Shown here in pieces: positions 1 to 25,220 of a DNA stretch of 64,000 nucleotides. A program made the translations under genes and the position numbers. The DNA comes from Chrysomallon squamiferum (Eukaryota; Animalia; Mollusca), in the NCBI GenBank assembly GCA_012295275.1, contig CM022669.1, forward strand, positions 8,060,001 through 8,124,000, written 5' to 3'. Each line of letters begins with the position of its first letter. The stretch's first letter is position 1. Under the pieces are notes generated by a model. It made no database searches. It was not told where the DNA came from and saw only the letters and a program-made list of their open reading frames with translations.

Positions 1-265
1 TATGCAATTAAAAACATTATTAATACACGGTCACAAAAAAATATGCACTGTACATACAGTGTATGCATTTATAAAAAAATACGTACTGTATTGCAATAAT
101 AATTGAAAAAATTTGATATTGTTTGTGCGGTTTACCAAGCATTTGTTTTTATGACGTTATGATGCTCGCCTGGTATACCAGCATCCCATGCGATAGGGTT
201 AAGAGCCTAACCCGCGAATATGCGGGGCCGCGAATGGGGAACCGCGAACAGGTGAGGGTATACTG
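1..265. mobile_element. Terminal part of a pogo/Tigger (Tc1-mariner)-type non-autonomous element in a POLE intron
   Basis: GC/CpG-rich island in AT-rich DNA. The minus strand reads TA|CAGTATACCCTCACCTGTTCGCGGTTCCCCATTCGCGGCCCCGCATATTCGCGG: a CAGT terminus after TA with subterminal TTCGCGG repeats, typical of Tigger-like TIRs. The other end is not in the window. Confidence 0.6.
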
Positions 266-379
266 TACAATAACAGTAGTAGCAGCAGCAGCAATACTAA
301 TAATAATAATAATGGTAATGATAACAACAATGATTTCAGTGGTGCAATTTTCTTTATCACTGAGACAAAATTTTCTTAC

Positions 380-10983
<10,604 letters not shown>

Positions 10984-11046
10984 CTTTGTTTTGATGGAAT
11001 TATTCCTGTCCAGAAATGTACTTTCTATTACAATAACATAATTATT

Positions 11047-11055
11047 TTTCCCGCG
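11047..11055. promoter_or_regulatory. E2F-binding site in the POLE promoter/5' region
   Basis: TTTCCCGCG matches the E2F consensus TTTSSCGC, about 65 bp upstream of the POLE ATG in a locally CpG-rich patch. POLE is an established E2F target in animals. Confidence 0.65.
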
Positions 11056-13816
11056 ATCTTGCGCACTCGACTGGTTTAACTTAGTGCGTTTATCTTAAGG
11101 TGAGGCGCATTATCTGTAAATTCCTCCATTGCTGCAAAGGGCCCAACGTCACACTATGGCTTGGACGGAATTCGTCGTTTTGAATTTTTATTAATAAACA
11201 TTTAAAATATGAAGTTTTTCCGATTACAAACTTTTTTTAAAATATTATTTTAAAGCTGTCACAACCACAGTTTAACTACTTTTTATGAGAGTTCAACTTT
11301 GGTTAATTCTTATTTGATAAATCATTACTTTCAGCTTTAATATTTTATTTATTTATTTATATACATTGTAACATTTACATTGTATATAATATTTTAAATA
11401 TTTTTCAGAACTGTCTCATAGGAAATGAAACTATATAGCAACCTGCAACAAACAAGAACTAGTAATTATTTCTGTGAACAGGAAAAAAAAAAAACAAATA
11501 ATAGGGTAGGTAACAATGAATTACTATTTATTTCCATACATTTATTTCAACACAATACAAGTTTGAAAATACTATCTTATGTACAAAACGGTATAAAATA
11601 CTAAATAATACAACAAATCTATTAAAGTGTAACATTCAAAAATTATCTGAGTCAGCACAGTAACAATTACTTGATATGTAAGGCATCAATGTTATTAATG
11701 TTAAACCAGGAGAACAGTCCAAGTTTATTATTATACATTACTCTCCATGGTGTCTGATTATTTATGCATAGATATTTACTGATTAAACTGATTAATCTGA
11801 ATAAGATTTGTGGATTTCAGTCAGATTTGTTTGTAGTCTCGAAACGAAAGTACTACAGTGATCATCAGACATGTACATCACCTATATTACAAACCAGTTT
11901 ATTTTTATTTTTTTTTTAATTTTTTTCATCTTGATAGTGTGTAGCCAAGATGATGATGCTTCATTTTCAGGAATCTTATCTCTATCCTGGCATTACAAAT
12001 AAAGACATCTTCTGTGATTTCAAATTAATTCAGTAATAGAAAACAATATTCTAATTTATGTCTTGAGTAATCAGGATTTTTCTAGCTTTTAGGAAATAAA
12101 GCAGTGGTAATATAATGCAAACATACATTTTCAACTACAACACAGTAATAATAAAATTAATTTTAAAAACAACAAATAGAAATGAAATATATTATTCATA
12201 TATAAATACATATTAAAACCACAAATTATTTATGGGTCCCTTATTTGGAAAATAACATAAATCATTCTGTTATTTAGGAGCCATGCTTTTCCAATATAAT
12301 TAAACTCTCTTCACAAATATTTGTTTAAAAAATTACAAGTATTCTAAGCCAATCTAAACAACAACAACAACAAATAATAATAATAAATAAATAAATAAAT
12401 AAACAAATACTAAATAAAAACAGTAATTGTAAAACATCTTACACAGTAATAATTTTTTAAATAATAATTATTTGGTCATGTTCAATATTTATTGTGATGG
12501 TTTCCACATTTATTTCCTTTTGATTATTTATATTTGTTCTGACACACACTTGCCAATTTAATTGCAATAATACATTCACACAGATTCATAAAACTAAAGT
12601 TTTGGTGATGTATTCTCCAATGAGTTAAACTTTCAAATTTCGAAATCACCCACAAATTGCATGCTGGTGTCCGCTTTAACATCCCTAAACAACACATTTT
12701 CTCATAAAAAGAGTTGAAATGTGTGACAGCCTTGTTCTTTTATTACAAAAGAAACCACAGTATTGAAAAGAACAGTGTTCATCATTGGTTAATCCTGATA
12801 AATATTGACAAAATGAAAAGTTCACTGAGGACTATTCAGAATATGTCTAGCACTGGTGATATTTAACTCATAAATGTTTAAGTTTTAAGATAAAGGGAAT
12901 GTAAACTTGACTTCAATTATTATTCTATTTTAACAGTAACATATATTTATAAGAGTTGTCTGGGGGTTTTTCAACTCAGGTTGGTCAGCAATTCTTAGCA
13001 AATTAAAGCAAATTAAGTCTTCTGAATCTACTTCTTATATCTTTTAGCATTTTCAAACTTACCCAGTTTGATCCTTTATTTTCCTATTTCCATGAAAGAC
13101 ATGCCAAATTTTGTTAAGTATTTCTAGTGATAGCTGACTGATTTTTTTCATTTAAAATGAATCTGCCGTAATTCTCTACAATGACATGTGAAGTTTAACT
13201 ATTTTAATATCTGAACAGAAGTAAATAAAGGAGACACATTCTTAGTTAAAAAACTAAAAAAATTAAAGAAAAACAAGTGAATTTACATATGCATCAGATC
13301 TGAAAGCAGTGCATAAAATTTTACAACATTTATTAAACAATCTATAATATATTAAATTTTCACTACAACTAATTCATAAAAATTTTAAAAACTTTATTTA
13401 GGCACTTGGTTGAAAGCTATGTTTTGATTTTGTTCATAACTGTTTCTGAACTAAAATAATTTATTAAATGCAGACAAAAATGAAGAAGAAGCTAGAAATA
13501 CAAACCACAATCACTTTCTTTTTAAAAAGAAAACATTCAAACATAAACCATGAACTATTTCACAATTCTTACTCATCAGAAAAACAAAATAATACTACTA
13601 TTTTCTTTCTCATACAACATCTGGAAAATTTATAAAAATTGGCACCAAGTTTTTATTTACAACAAATAATTACTGACTATTATGATGATACCATACATCT
13701 ATGAAATAATACAAATACATGTGACTCTAAATGAAGCATTCTGTTTAATGAAGGCTGGATTATTTATTCAGGCTGTGGATGAAAAAAAAAAACTAAAACA
13801 ATGAAGGATTATAATG

Positions 13817-16800
13817 TCAGTGCTGAGTTCCACGGTAAACAGCTCCGATGATAGCCAGAGTTCCAGCAACCACACTTCCAACAATTACAGGTGTTTTCCA
13901 CCACTGAAAATAAATAAATAAATAAATTAATTAATTAATTAATTAATTAATAAAAAAGTAAATTAAAAGTAAATTTTTAAAAAAATTTAAAAAATAAAAG
14001 AAAAACAAATAAAATAATCAAATTAACACAAATGAATATATATTAAATTAATATACTTTTTCTGACGTACAGTACATTCTATTTAAAATATATAAACACT
14101 GCTTTTGCAATACACATTAAATTTGCAAAGTAAAACATTTTACAAATCAATTATCAAAACATAAGTAACAGCTGCAATAATTACAAAACAGGTATCTCCT
14201 TCGATGTAAAATAAAACAAAATAAATATATAAATAAATCATAAATAGTAGCAGCAGTACAAATGAGAACAACAGATGTCTTCCAAATTATGCATAAACAC
14301 ATATGTGGATGTAAAACACACTGTACTGAGATAAATTTACATACAAAATGTGTCTGCTATTCAAACCAAGGTGTCATCTGTTTGTTGAAACATTTATACC
14401 GTAACCCATCTATTATTCAGCTTTAAAAAAGAATTTCTTATATTAATGAAAGCAAAAGACTAAAATGACCGTATCTGCACAGAGATAAATAATGGGTATG
14501 AACTATTTAAATTAGTTATTTATGCTTTGGTTCAGAATGAGCTTGTGCATGTTTACCTTGCTCTGTTTCTTTTTCGGTGGGTTTTTGTCTGCACCCATCA
14601 TGCGGCGGTACATCTCTTTCTGGGAAGCATTGTCCTGTTTCAATTTTCTCGTCACCCAAGCAAGTTCTCGATGTAGTATCTGTGAATAATCAATCGAACG
14701 TTTTTTTCTTTCTAAAACACACATTAATATTAATGTTTATTATCATGTTCTCTTTACCATTGATGTCACACACAGAAACCTCCTGTCACCACTCTACAAC
14801 CTGGTTTCATCAATTAAAAACATGCTGTCACACACACACTCTTACATTAATGTTAAACAGCAGTCACTGTGCATGCATTAAAAAACACAACCAAAATCTA
14901 CTGCTCTGATGAAAAATTATTTCTGAGAATGAATGGCAGACACCTGATAATATAATTTAAACACAATGTATTGTATTAGTATTTACATGTCGAAAGTCAT
15001 TTTGTTATGCACTTGTACCCCAGCTATATAAATACATCACATATAAAATATAACGCAATTAAAAAAACAAAGCAAAATAAAATAAATATAAAAGTAATAA
15101 AAAAAATAGCTTATGAATAAATTGAGAAGATTCCATCTGTCAAATTCATTAACTGGTTTGTTGCAAATGACTGTGTCAAACCTTTGATTGTGGATCAAGG
15201 TCAAGAGCTTTTCGCAAGTAGCGTTCTGCATTTTCACATTCACCCTTACAGCCAAAGGACTGAAATAAAAATAGCACACAGAAACAATTAGACTTTCTGT
15301 CTTTATTTTGTAATAAATATCATCATCAAAAAATAAAATAAAATAAAAATGATGGAAATAACCTTTGTTAAGATAAAATTGTTTTTTAAAAATTGAACAG
15401 AACCCAAAGATTAAAATAAAATAAAGATGTGATTTAAAAAAGCTAATTAAAATATTTAGCGACTGTGGATTTGAATTTATTTTATCTTTTAAACACATTC
15501 ATTGATTTGTTTTATGTACACATGCACTAAACATGAGGTCATCCACTATTATTTAACTTACATTTCAAGTAAATCAATTAAAATAAACAGAAATTATTTA
15601 ATAAAGAACCTATAAATGTTTTATACCTTTCCAATCCTAAAAAGAGCCTTCACGTTATCTGGTTCAACTGTTAAAACTTTATTAGATGATTTTATTGCAG
15701 CATCATAGGCCTCAATCTGTATAAAAAGAAAATGAAACCATCAAATTCGTGTGCACAATTTAAAAAAATAATCATTTTAAAACTTTGCCATGTCAGCAGA
15801 ATACAATATGATACCAAAAAAAATCCCTTTAAAGTGAAGTTACAACTGATAAAGCAATGTATTTTTATCTCATGACAAAGGCCATGTCTGTGAGTGAACA
15901 GCTGGCAGTCAATATGCTGTAAATAAAAACAATAATAAACAATGTTTATTTTATGTATATGCAGTATTTATGTGCGTCTGCGTATTGGATAACTTTGGAT
16001 TATGAGCTACATATAAAACCCATGGCTTCAAAGCTGTCAGTAAAGTAGCAGCTATACTGCATATCTTTCATGCAAAGTATTCAGACATCTAAATTATGTC
16101 ACGAAAATGTATTAGAAATACGTTTTTCTTCATTGAACTATTCAAATCAACATTGACAATGGTATCAGCATGTGTTTTTTAAAAAACCAACAAAAAAAAC
16201 ACTACAGGCAGTAGCAGCAGACCCAGAATACATTAATAATCAAAAAATTTAAAAAAAACAGACAGGTAAAAGATACAATAAAAACATTTGTTACTTTAAG
16301 TTGGCAAGCTGCCAGGTTGTTGTAACATTTGACTTTACTGTCTGACAGACTTTTCAGGACAGATGTAGGAACATTGTGAGTACTAGCAGGATATTCTAGA
16401 ATTTTCAGAGCCCTGAAATAATAATAAATTTGTTTATGTTGCACAAATGTTAACAGAATAACAATTTTACATCTATGTGGTAATGCTATGTAAACTATTG
16501 TGATATTCAACCTTTTAGTCATTAATATTAAGAATAATGGATCTGGCAACAGTCATTTGAAAAACACAAAAAAAAGTTTTTATAAATCAGTTTTCCTTTT
16601 CTTATCTTACAACATAATCTTTACAAAGTAAATATAATAGTAAAGTTTTGCCAATTATCCAAGCTCCACCAAACACACATATGTATTCCAAGTCTCATTT
16701 ATTTCAGCTTTGTTAAATTTTGATTTACACATATTAGTTAATGGTGTAATTGCTTACTTGGTGTAAGAATTGATGGCTGCAGCAAATTCCTTTCTGGTAA

Positions 16801-19800
16801 ACAAAAAATTGCCTCTTTCCCGTTTAGCTTCCCTGAAAATATAAATACAAATTTAATTTACTATTATTATATATACATAATTCGCAGATTAGTTATATCT
16901 GATTAAATCAGATTTCTATACAGAAGTCTTTTCTGCTCTATTTCTTAAAGTCTAGTAATGGCATTGCAAAAAAAAAAAAAATGAAGAGATTTAAATATGA
17001 AATGTATCTACACAGTACAATAATCACTGCATCTAAAATATAAAGTTTTTTAGTTCTAAACATATGCACTGATTGTAGTCTCATGTCTATGATATTTTAA
17101 ATAAATAATATACAAACATTTCTCAAATAACTTTTTTTTTTTATGGAACAGCATGGTTTCTCTAAAAAAATTAAATGAATGTTTCAGTTTTTCACAAAAA
17201 TGTCAACTATTACTATTTAACCTAGGAGGGTTCTTATAAACTGACAAATTAAATTTTTAAATTATTTTAACATCTTGTCTCGTACCCTTTCTTTGTTCTT
17301 TCTTTAATGGTCATGGATTCCAGGTCTAATCCTGGTTCCTTCTTAACAAGTTCTAAAGTGTAAGTGATTGTTGCATCACTGGGAATGTTGTCACTGAAAC
17401 AGATGAAAATCATATAAAACACACTAAAAAAAGGCTGTTAATGAACGAATGGCCTAGTACAATAGAAAAAAAGAAAAAGATGTTTTTTGTATTTTATCTT
17501 TCAAGTCCAGTATGAATAACTGAAAGTTTTCTTACAATATAAAATCAACGGTTATTACATTATGTCATACAACTGTCTCTCATGATTTGTTGCTGTTCTC
17601 TGTGCAACTGAAGATCATCAGTTAGCAGCAAAAGATTTATTTGAACTTTTCCATTACTGGATAAATCAAGATCAGAGAGCAACTGCTGGAACAGGATTTG
17701 TGCTAAAAAAGGATATATAATAAGTTTACTGGACAACTATGCTTTATAATATAACTTAGATTCAACTTTTAAAACAATTACTATATTAACCATGAAGCAC
17801 ATCACTTTTAACAACTGACAGAACCATTTGAAAATGTTAAACTCGTTGAAATTAAAGAGTACTTGCCATCCAAAAGAGCCATATGCATATTTTGAATCTG
17901 CAATGAGTTCACATTTTTCTCCTAACTCCATTAATGTCACTGCTAGGTCCCAGGCTGAAACAGAACAGTTATATCTGTATATAATTTATGTCAAATGCTT
18001 TACATTTGAATAATGTATGTAACCATGCTCTTTCTATCAAAGGAAAAAAAAAAAATAATAATAATAATGCAAGAAATAGGCTATGATAAAAATATATTAC
18101 CTTATCTGAAAAGTAATTTCTGGAATAGCATGCATTTACTTAAATAATTTTAAAATAATAAGAATAACTCATTTTTATTTTTTTTTATTAGCATAAACAT
18201 TATGATTTACCTTGAATGACATCACCATCACCCAAAATGAAGGAAATTAAATCTGACTTGTCAACAATAGTTCCATCTTCTAATCTTCCTTCAGTTCTCA
18301 AGAAAACAGTTTCTCCTGAGACTGGTCGACTTTCACGACCTTGTCCAGCTTTTAAAATCTACAGAAACAAAAAAAATAAAAATTACAAAATCCTCATTGG
18401 ATTAAACTGTATAAAATTAAATATCAGTAATTATTTTAACATTCACCTATAAGTTATAATCATACACTTATCACTTCTAAATCTATTAAAAGTCATAATA
18501 ATAATACTAATAAATAACAAATACACACACATATCAACAAGATGGAATAATTCTATAGTCTATACACACCATTTTAACAAGAAAAAAATGTATGACGAAA
18601 TTACTTCTAATTAAAGAACATATGGAACAGTTAATATGTAAAAAATTTGAGCTGAATGAATTGTAATACAGAAAATTTGTGATATTATTATTATTATTAT
18701 TATTATTACAACTATACAAAAGCTTGAAGCTTTTTCTATTTACAACTACAATATTTATTACTATTATTTATATTAATATAGCTGATGTAAACAACAACAA
18801 CAACAACAAAAAAGTTACAAGTACAGCTTGAATGTTTAACCATTTTAATAACTATTAAGATATTTGTTACTAACTTTCTTTCTGAGAAGACCATTTCCAA
18901 GTATGTCCATGTATTCTGGTTCCGAATTCTTCTCCGATCCTGTTTCTACATTCTGGGCTGACTCTGTACTTGTATCTTCAGCAATCTGTGATTCATCAGA
19001 CTTGACTTCTTCACTTGCATCCTGCATCCCAGAGCGCGATTCTTCAGTACTGATGTTCAAACTCTTCTCCATTTTACTGTCTTCACTGGCTTCACCTGAT
19101 GTTGTCAACTCTTCTTCAGTAAAACTGTCAGAATTCTCTTTGACCAGGCTGTCACTTGCACTGGTAATGGGTTCACTCGCGTTATTTTCTACATCTTCAT
19201 CTAGCATCTCATCGACTGGTACGTCTGTTTTATCCGACACCTCGGGAATATGTTCGATATTTTCATGCTCTGTTTCCAACACTCCCTCACCATGTCCTTT
19301 CATTTCATCATTTATCATGGGCACTTCATCACCTGCTATTTTATTTTCAGACAAAGATTCCGTATTTTCATCATCTCTGTTCACCACCTCCTGAATATTT
19401 CCAGTTTCTTCATCATCTCTATTCACCATCTCCTGAATATTTCCTGTTTCTTCATCATCTCTATTCAACAGCTCCTGCACATTTTCTGTTTTTTCTTCAC
19501 TCATTTTCACTACATTTTCAACATCTGTTTTTACCATTTCATGAACATCTTCCACATTTTCAACACGTGTTATTTCCTCTTGCTCATGGGATATATCTTC
19601 ATCACTTTTTACTACATCTTGAATGTTATCTGCATTTTCATCATCTGCTTTTACCAGATCATGAACATGTTCCGAGTTTTCATCATCTGCCTTCACTTCC
19701 TCAACATGTTCTGAATTTTTATCATCTTCAGTTACAGTGTCCTCAGTTTGTACCACATTTTCATCATCTGCTTTAACTACTTCCTGAAAATGTTCTGAAA

Positions 19801-20335
19801 TCTTATCATCATCTTTCACCACATCCTGATCACCTTCTTTATTTTCGTCGTCTGCTTTGACCACTTCTTGAAGATCTCTGTTTTCTTTCTTATCTTCCAA
19901 TTCAGTCCATTTATCATTGATATCTTTATTCTCTGCTTTATCATTTACCTTCTCTGGAGTACAGGATTTTTCACTGACCACATCTGAGTGGGAAGACTCC
20001 ACTGTTTCTAGATTTTTTGAATTTAAGTCACTGATGTTCATCTTATAACTGTCATCATGATCAACAGACTGGCTTTCTAATTCAGTGCTGTCATTGTGAC
20101 TAGATATATTTTCGCTGCCAGTTATTTCTTTATCTCCGAAGTGTTCATTTGAAGATACTATTTCAACGTGATCACCAGCTTCTGGCATTATTTGTTGGTC
20201 TAATTGTTCCCCCTTTGTCTGTTCATGAGAAGGTTTCACAGTTGATTGACTTTCATCACCCAATCTGTCATCTGATTGGCCATTTCCAACTGTCTGACCT
20301 TCACCTTGCTTCAGTTCTTCTGGCTTAAGATCCAT
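13817..20335 (-). CDS. FKBP8: Peptidyl-prolyl isomerase FKBP8/FKBP38 orthologue (~791 aa): long acidic N-terminus, FKBP domain, 3 TPRs, CaM-binding helix, C-terminal TM anchor
   Basis: Exons 20335-18875, 18358-18211, 17954-17867 (GC donor), 17393-17286, 16832-16758, 16412-16295, 15716-15627, 15259-15182, 14679-14557, 13903-13817. Translation includes [71 protein letters not shown] and the TM tail [18 protein letters not shown]. Confidence 0.93.
19360..19885 (-). repeat. Coding ~42-nt (14-aa) degenerate tandem repeat in the FKBP8 N-terminal exon
   Basis: Repeated units such as [30 protein letters not shown] and [28 protein letters not shown]. Confidence 0.85.
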
Positions 20336-21144
20336 GCTCTGCAAAGAAAAAATAATAAAATATGATGTGATCCTTTTTTGAAAATGTATTATAAATCTAA
20401 ACATTAGGGGTGTTCATGAGTGCAGGTGTTTGAATATATATATATAAAATATATTAAATGTAAGAAACGTTTCAAATTAATAAAAATAAGAGAATTTGTG
20501 AAACCGTATTTAGTACAGGATAACAGCATTCTGGAATCCTCAAAAGCTTTACATTAAAATATATATCTGTATATTCAAGTTACTATTTCTTTTACTAACA
20601 ACTTATAAAACTACAATAACCCATCTCTATAAATAAATGTAATTAGTCCATTTTTTGCAGGTAATATCAAAATTCACATTACATTCAATGAACAGAATAT
20701 TCCAGAATAAAATACTTTAATGTGACAGTAATTATTTTATTTTCTGCAAGCATAAATCTCACACAGCCATTAATCGTCAAGTTTCTTTACATTATCAAGC
20801 ATTGTTTTCTAGTTAGTGATGTTATACACAAACTACAGCTGCCTACAGAAAGTTTTTATTGTTATTTTTATGTTGACTTTTTTGACTGAATAAAAAACTG
20901 ATTACAAATTGCAGCAGTACCTTCTGTTCCAAGAATCAGTTAATTCTAGATTAATTCCAAGAAATCAGTTTACTGAAGCATTGCTATTTTTATTTCCTTG
21001 TTAAGGTTTCTAAACAATACTGCTAGTTTCACTTTCACATTCTTAATAAATATTTCCTTCTGTGATCTGGTAACATAATTTTTTTTGTGTTTATATTTAT
21101 TATTATTTTGTAATAAATTTTCATTCATCATCAGTATTTTTGGA

Positions 21145-21181
<37 letters not shown>

Positions 21182-23195
21182 CTGCCAACTAAGAAATGGT
21201 CCTGAATTTCAATACACTGGCCAATCTATATTGTAAATAATCTGAATTTAAATTTGCATTTCATAAAGATCAGTCAAAAAGTATCATTAATAATAAAATT
21301 AATATTTTTTCTTACAAATAATATCGTAAATTTTCACTGCCAACATTTTATAAAAAGGTAGAACATTCTCAGTTTATTTTTAACAGTTATCTTTATCTTT
21401 GTAGCAACAATCTATTTCACACCTTTGCATAGTAACTGGACAATTAACTGCTAATGATGATAATCAAACACGGCTCCAATGTGACAGGTGTTATACATTT
21501 GCTAATTGTGTTTTGACAGTTAAGCAGTTCAGATATAATCATTTCTGACACATATATATTATATTAATAGATAAACTTTAAACAGCCATCTGAAATATAC
21601 ATTTCCAATTATAACAATATATATTTAAAAAAATATAAGAAAATAAATATAGAAATGTGAAAATTTATTTATATTTAAATTTTGTTTTATTCTATAAATA
21701 GTTCTATGAATTATTTGTCAAAATTCATTTGCCAACAATTATGAAAAACATTTGACTATTGCTAGGTACCCACATGTCACATAAAATCTACACAATTTCA
21801 TTTTGTTCTAACAGACGATTTTTAATTTTATTATATTTGCAGAAAACTAATTACCTTTTTTGCCCTGCCTTGATAAATGATCATAAAACTAATTACAATA
21901 TCTTATTTTCAGTGCAAAGCTCTTAATCATGATCACAAAGAGCAATACAAATAACACAGGCAAATAACGGTACCCATAAAGTAGCTACCAGTGCATAAAT
22001 ATGCTACAAATACCTACACTGTATATAGGTGAACCATCTGTTAAAATGTGATCCATAAAACAAACATAAACTAGCTGTTAATATGTATCATCTGAATCTC
22101 TTTTACCAACTATCAAAATTTGTAATAATATTGTATGAATAATATTTTTTCCATATCTTGATTGTTGCTATTTAAATGATAGTGGGTGTTGTACATAAAG
22201 ATCCTTGCCAGGACCACTAATCTGCTAATCAGATTAATATATAATAATAATAATATTAAAAATATATTAAAAAAATTATAATATTAAAAAATGATTATTA
22301 ATTACAACAAATATATTGTTAGTTATAAATAATTTTGAAACTGATTATATTTTTCAAAAAAAGAATGTGGACTGATCTATAAATTATAATCATCATTATA
22401 CAATTATATTACATATTTGTAATAACCATCTATTAAAAAATGTACAAAGTTGGTTTTCTGTCCAATGGTTGCTGCTTTCATTAATAAAACAAGTTTATTA
22501 TTTATAATTAATACAATCTGGCATAATAAAAAATTAAATTAATTTGACTTTTATCTTTATTATACACTACAGTAATCAGCTTTGGGACATTAAACACAAC
22601 AGCAAACAGCAAGTTCATTACATTCTGAGTTACTGCATTGTTCTGGCTGAATGAGTAGAGAACTATATATTATAAACTGTAACTATCTAGATTTTTATCA
22701 ATCAAGAATTTTTTATTTCTATTTTTATTAATACTAGAGTAAGTTAAACAATTTAATAAAATACTGTGAGTGTGACAGTGTGTACAATGGACCTCTTAGT
22801 TATGAAACAATCCTCTCCACATTTAATTATTCATCATTTTAATCCCAAGCACGAAATCTAATAATTTATTTTGAAAGCATTATAATATAAAGTGATATTA
22901 AAATAACTAGTTTCTCAGTGGAGTAGTGAAAATAACCTGAAATTGTAATCAAGTGATTTAAACTAATTGTTCTATATGTTTCTGTACTTGTCACTACATC
23001 CAAAGTCAAAACGTGTCCAGAGTCCACAATAATACAATTCCGAATTCGTATTATGAAATAACGTAATTATTGTTCCACTTGGAAACCAACTGAAATGAGA
23101 AAGATTACTGTCAACATGAATATGTAATAAATGGAAAAAAATAGCGATAAATACTGAACATCATATTAAAATCTGACAACTATAATACAACTCAC

Positions 23196-23295
23196 TTTCG
23201 TAATTTTTCGAAGAAAAATGCGACTGTCAAAATCACAAGCATGGGATAGTACTGAATAGACTGGTTCTTTTGAGCTTACCAATGGAAACTTTAAT
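23196..23295 (-). promoter_or_regulatory. Putative FKBP8 promoter and non-coding first exon
   Basis: Consensus donor AAA|GTGAGT on the minus strand at 23195, local CpG enrichment (TCGCGAGCG) and CCAAT at ~23279. The large FKBP8 exon has a cag acceptor 3 nt before its ATG, implying an upstream UTR exon. Confidence 0.4.
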
Positions 23296-24091
23296 TCGCG
23301 AGCGTAACAAAAAATAGCACTATTACATGTGCCACTGAATACCGTGAAGAATCAACTCGCTAATTAAAATAATTTTGCCATCATTATATTCAGAATGACT
23401 TTAATGATATATCGATTCACTCTTATTAATATATTAAAAAAAGGTTATTGTTATTATTAGTACTACTGCTAGTAGTAGTAGTAGTAGAAGAAGTAAAAAT
23501 AATAGTTGTAGAAGAGATAATCGTAAAAATAAGTTATTGTTGTAGTAGTGAAGTTGTATTATTTATTTATTATCTTTCCTTTATTTCTAAAATACTGTGT
23601 TTTTATTTTGCTAAATTGATGTAATAAATATTGGCATTATTTTATCAGATAAAGTTCATAATTTGGTTTATTCAAAGACTGTAACTGATAATTTTGCATC
23701 TTCTGTAGACTTATTCTGGACCCTATAATGATATGAAAATGATAAGAAAAATATAATATTAAGAAGATAAAAAGAAAAAGAAAAACCAACAACAAAAATC
23801 CATTAAATATATCATACATTATAAAGAAAACGTTTCAGAAACAAACCTGATTTTGTTAATTCACTGAATCAGCAATATAAAATGTTGAATTTCGTTATTT
23901 TTTTACAATTAATATTAAATAGTTATTAATTAATTTTGTTATTTGTATTATTATTCTCTCTTTTTTCTTCTTTTTTTGTCATTCCTAATCGATACAGTAA
24001 AAAAAAAAAAAAGAGGAAACTACCATCACTGGTAAGGGGTTATAAAGATTCATATATAATAAAAAATAAAATAAAATAAAATAAATAAATA

Positions 24092-24138
<47 letters not shown>

Positions 24139-24354
24139 TAATAATTAATTTATTAAAATTAAATTCCGATCCGCATATATTATTATTATCCATCTATGCT
24201 ATGGGATGGATGAATCTAACAACGATATATTTATTTAGAGATATAACGATTGTTTAAATATTTTGAAAATACAGATATTAGTAATTAAGTACTCAGAGTG
24301 AACAAAACTAATACTAACAATGTCAATGTTACTAATTACGACATTCTTTGGAGG

Positions 24355-24364
24355 ATGACGTCAT
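24355..24364. promoter_or_regulatory. Perfect CRE (CREB/ATF) palindrome ATGACGTCAT
   Basis: Exact 10-bp palindrome between the divergent FKBP8 and GPCR genes. Confidence 0.5.
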
Positions 24365-25220
24365 TATCTGAAGTCCAAAAGGAAACAAGAGTAACAGTAA
24401 ATATTTTATTTTATTTTATTTTATTTTATTTATCAGTTATTATTATTATAATTTAGAAAACAAAATAACAAAACAAAAACAAAAACAAAACCCCTCCGAA
24501 AAAGAACAAAAAGAACAATCACGGGTGGAAATCAGTTCTGAGGCTCACATGGGAAATGAGGGGAAGTAAAATATTCATGTATAATTTTACAAATTAAATC
24601 AATAAATAAATAAAAAGATTAATTTTAATTGCTAGAAACTTGACAAAGGATAATTACTAATCGTTTCTGACTCCATACTAATACAAAAAATAAATAGCCT
24701 ATATGCATATGGTACATTGTTTCTAAATGAATATTGTATATTGTATTAGTCTCTGATGCCTGAGAGCATTAGTCTTATTGGAGGATGCAATTTCCTTTAT
24801 TGTATGGCATCGCTTCATATGTGTCCATTTCCAGGTACGCACGATTTTGTGTGTGTGTGTGTGTGTTGTTATATTGTTATAAACGAAGAAAACAATCAGA
24901 AAAATACAAGAACTATTTATTCCCAGCACAAGCTTATTTTGTTATTTCATGATAGTCTCAAAAATGCTTGTATAATGCTTGCATAATGCAAGCTCGTAAT
25001 CGTAAGGAATTTTGATTTCAGCGTACTGGCACTGTGTAAGTCGGTATATGGAGGAAATAATGTATTTAATTTTATTAAAGTGAATCTCTGGAATATCAAA
25101 ATATTGGTTTAAATACATTGTCTGTGCTTCAGTTTTTACGTTGCATTTGTGACTGATAGTCAATCCCTGCTTATAAAACGCTAGGACAAAAACATATTGG
25201 TCTCTTGCAATTTCATGAAC

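Noticed and set aside
18864-19776. Plus-strand ORFs of 176, 154 and 69 aa
   Set aside because: Antisense shadows of the acidic repetitive FKBP8 exon.
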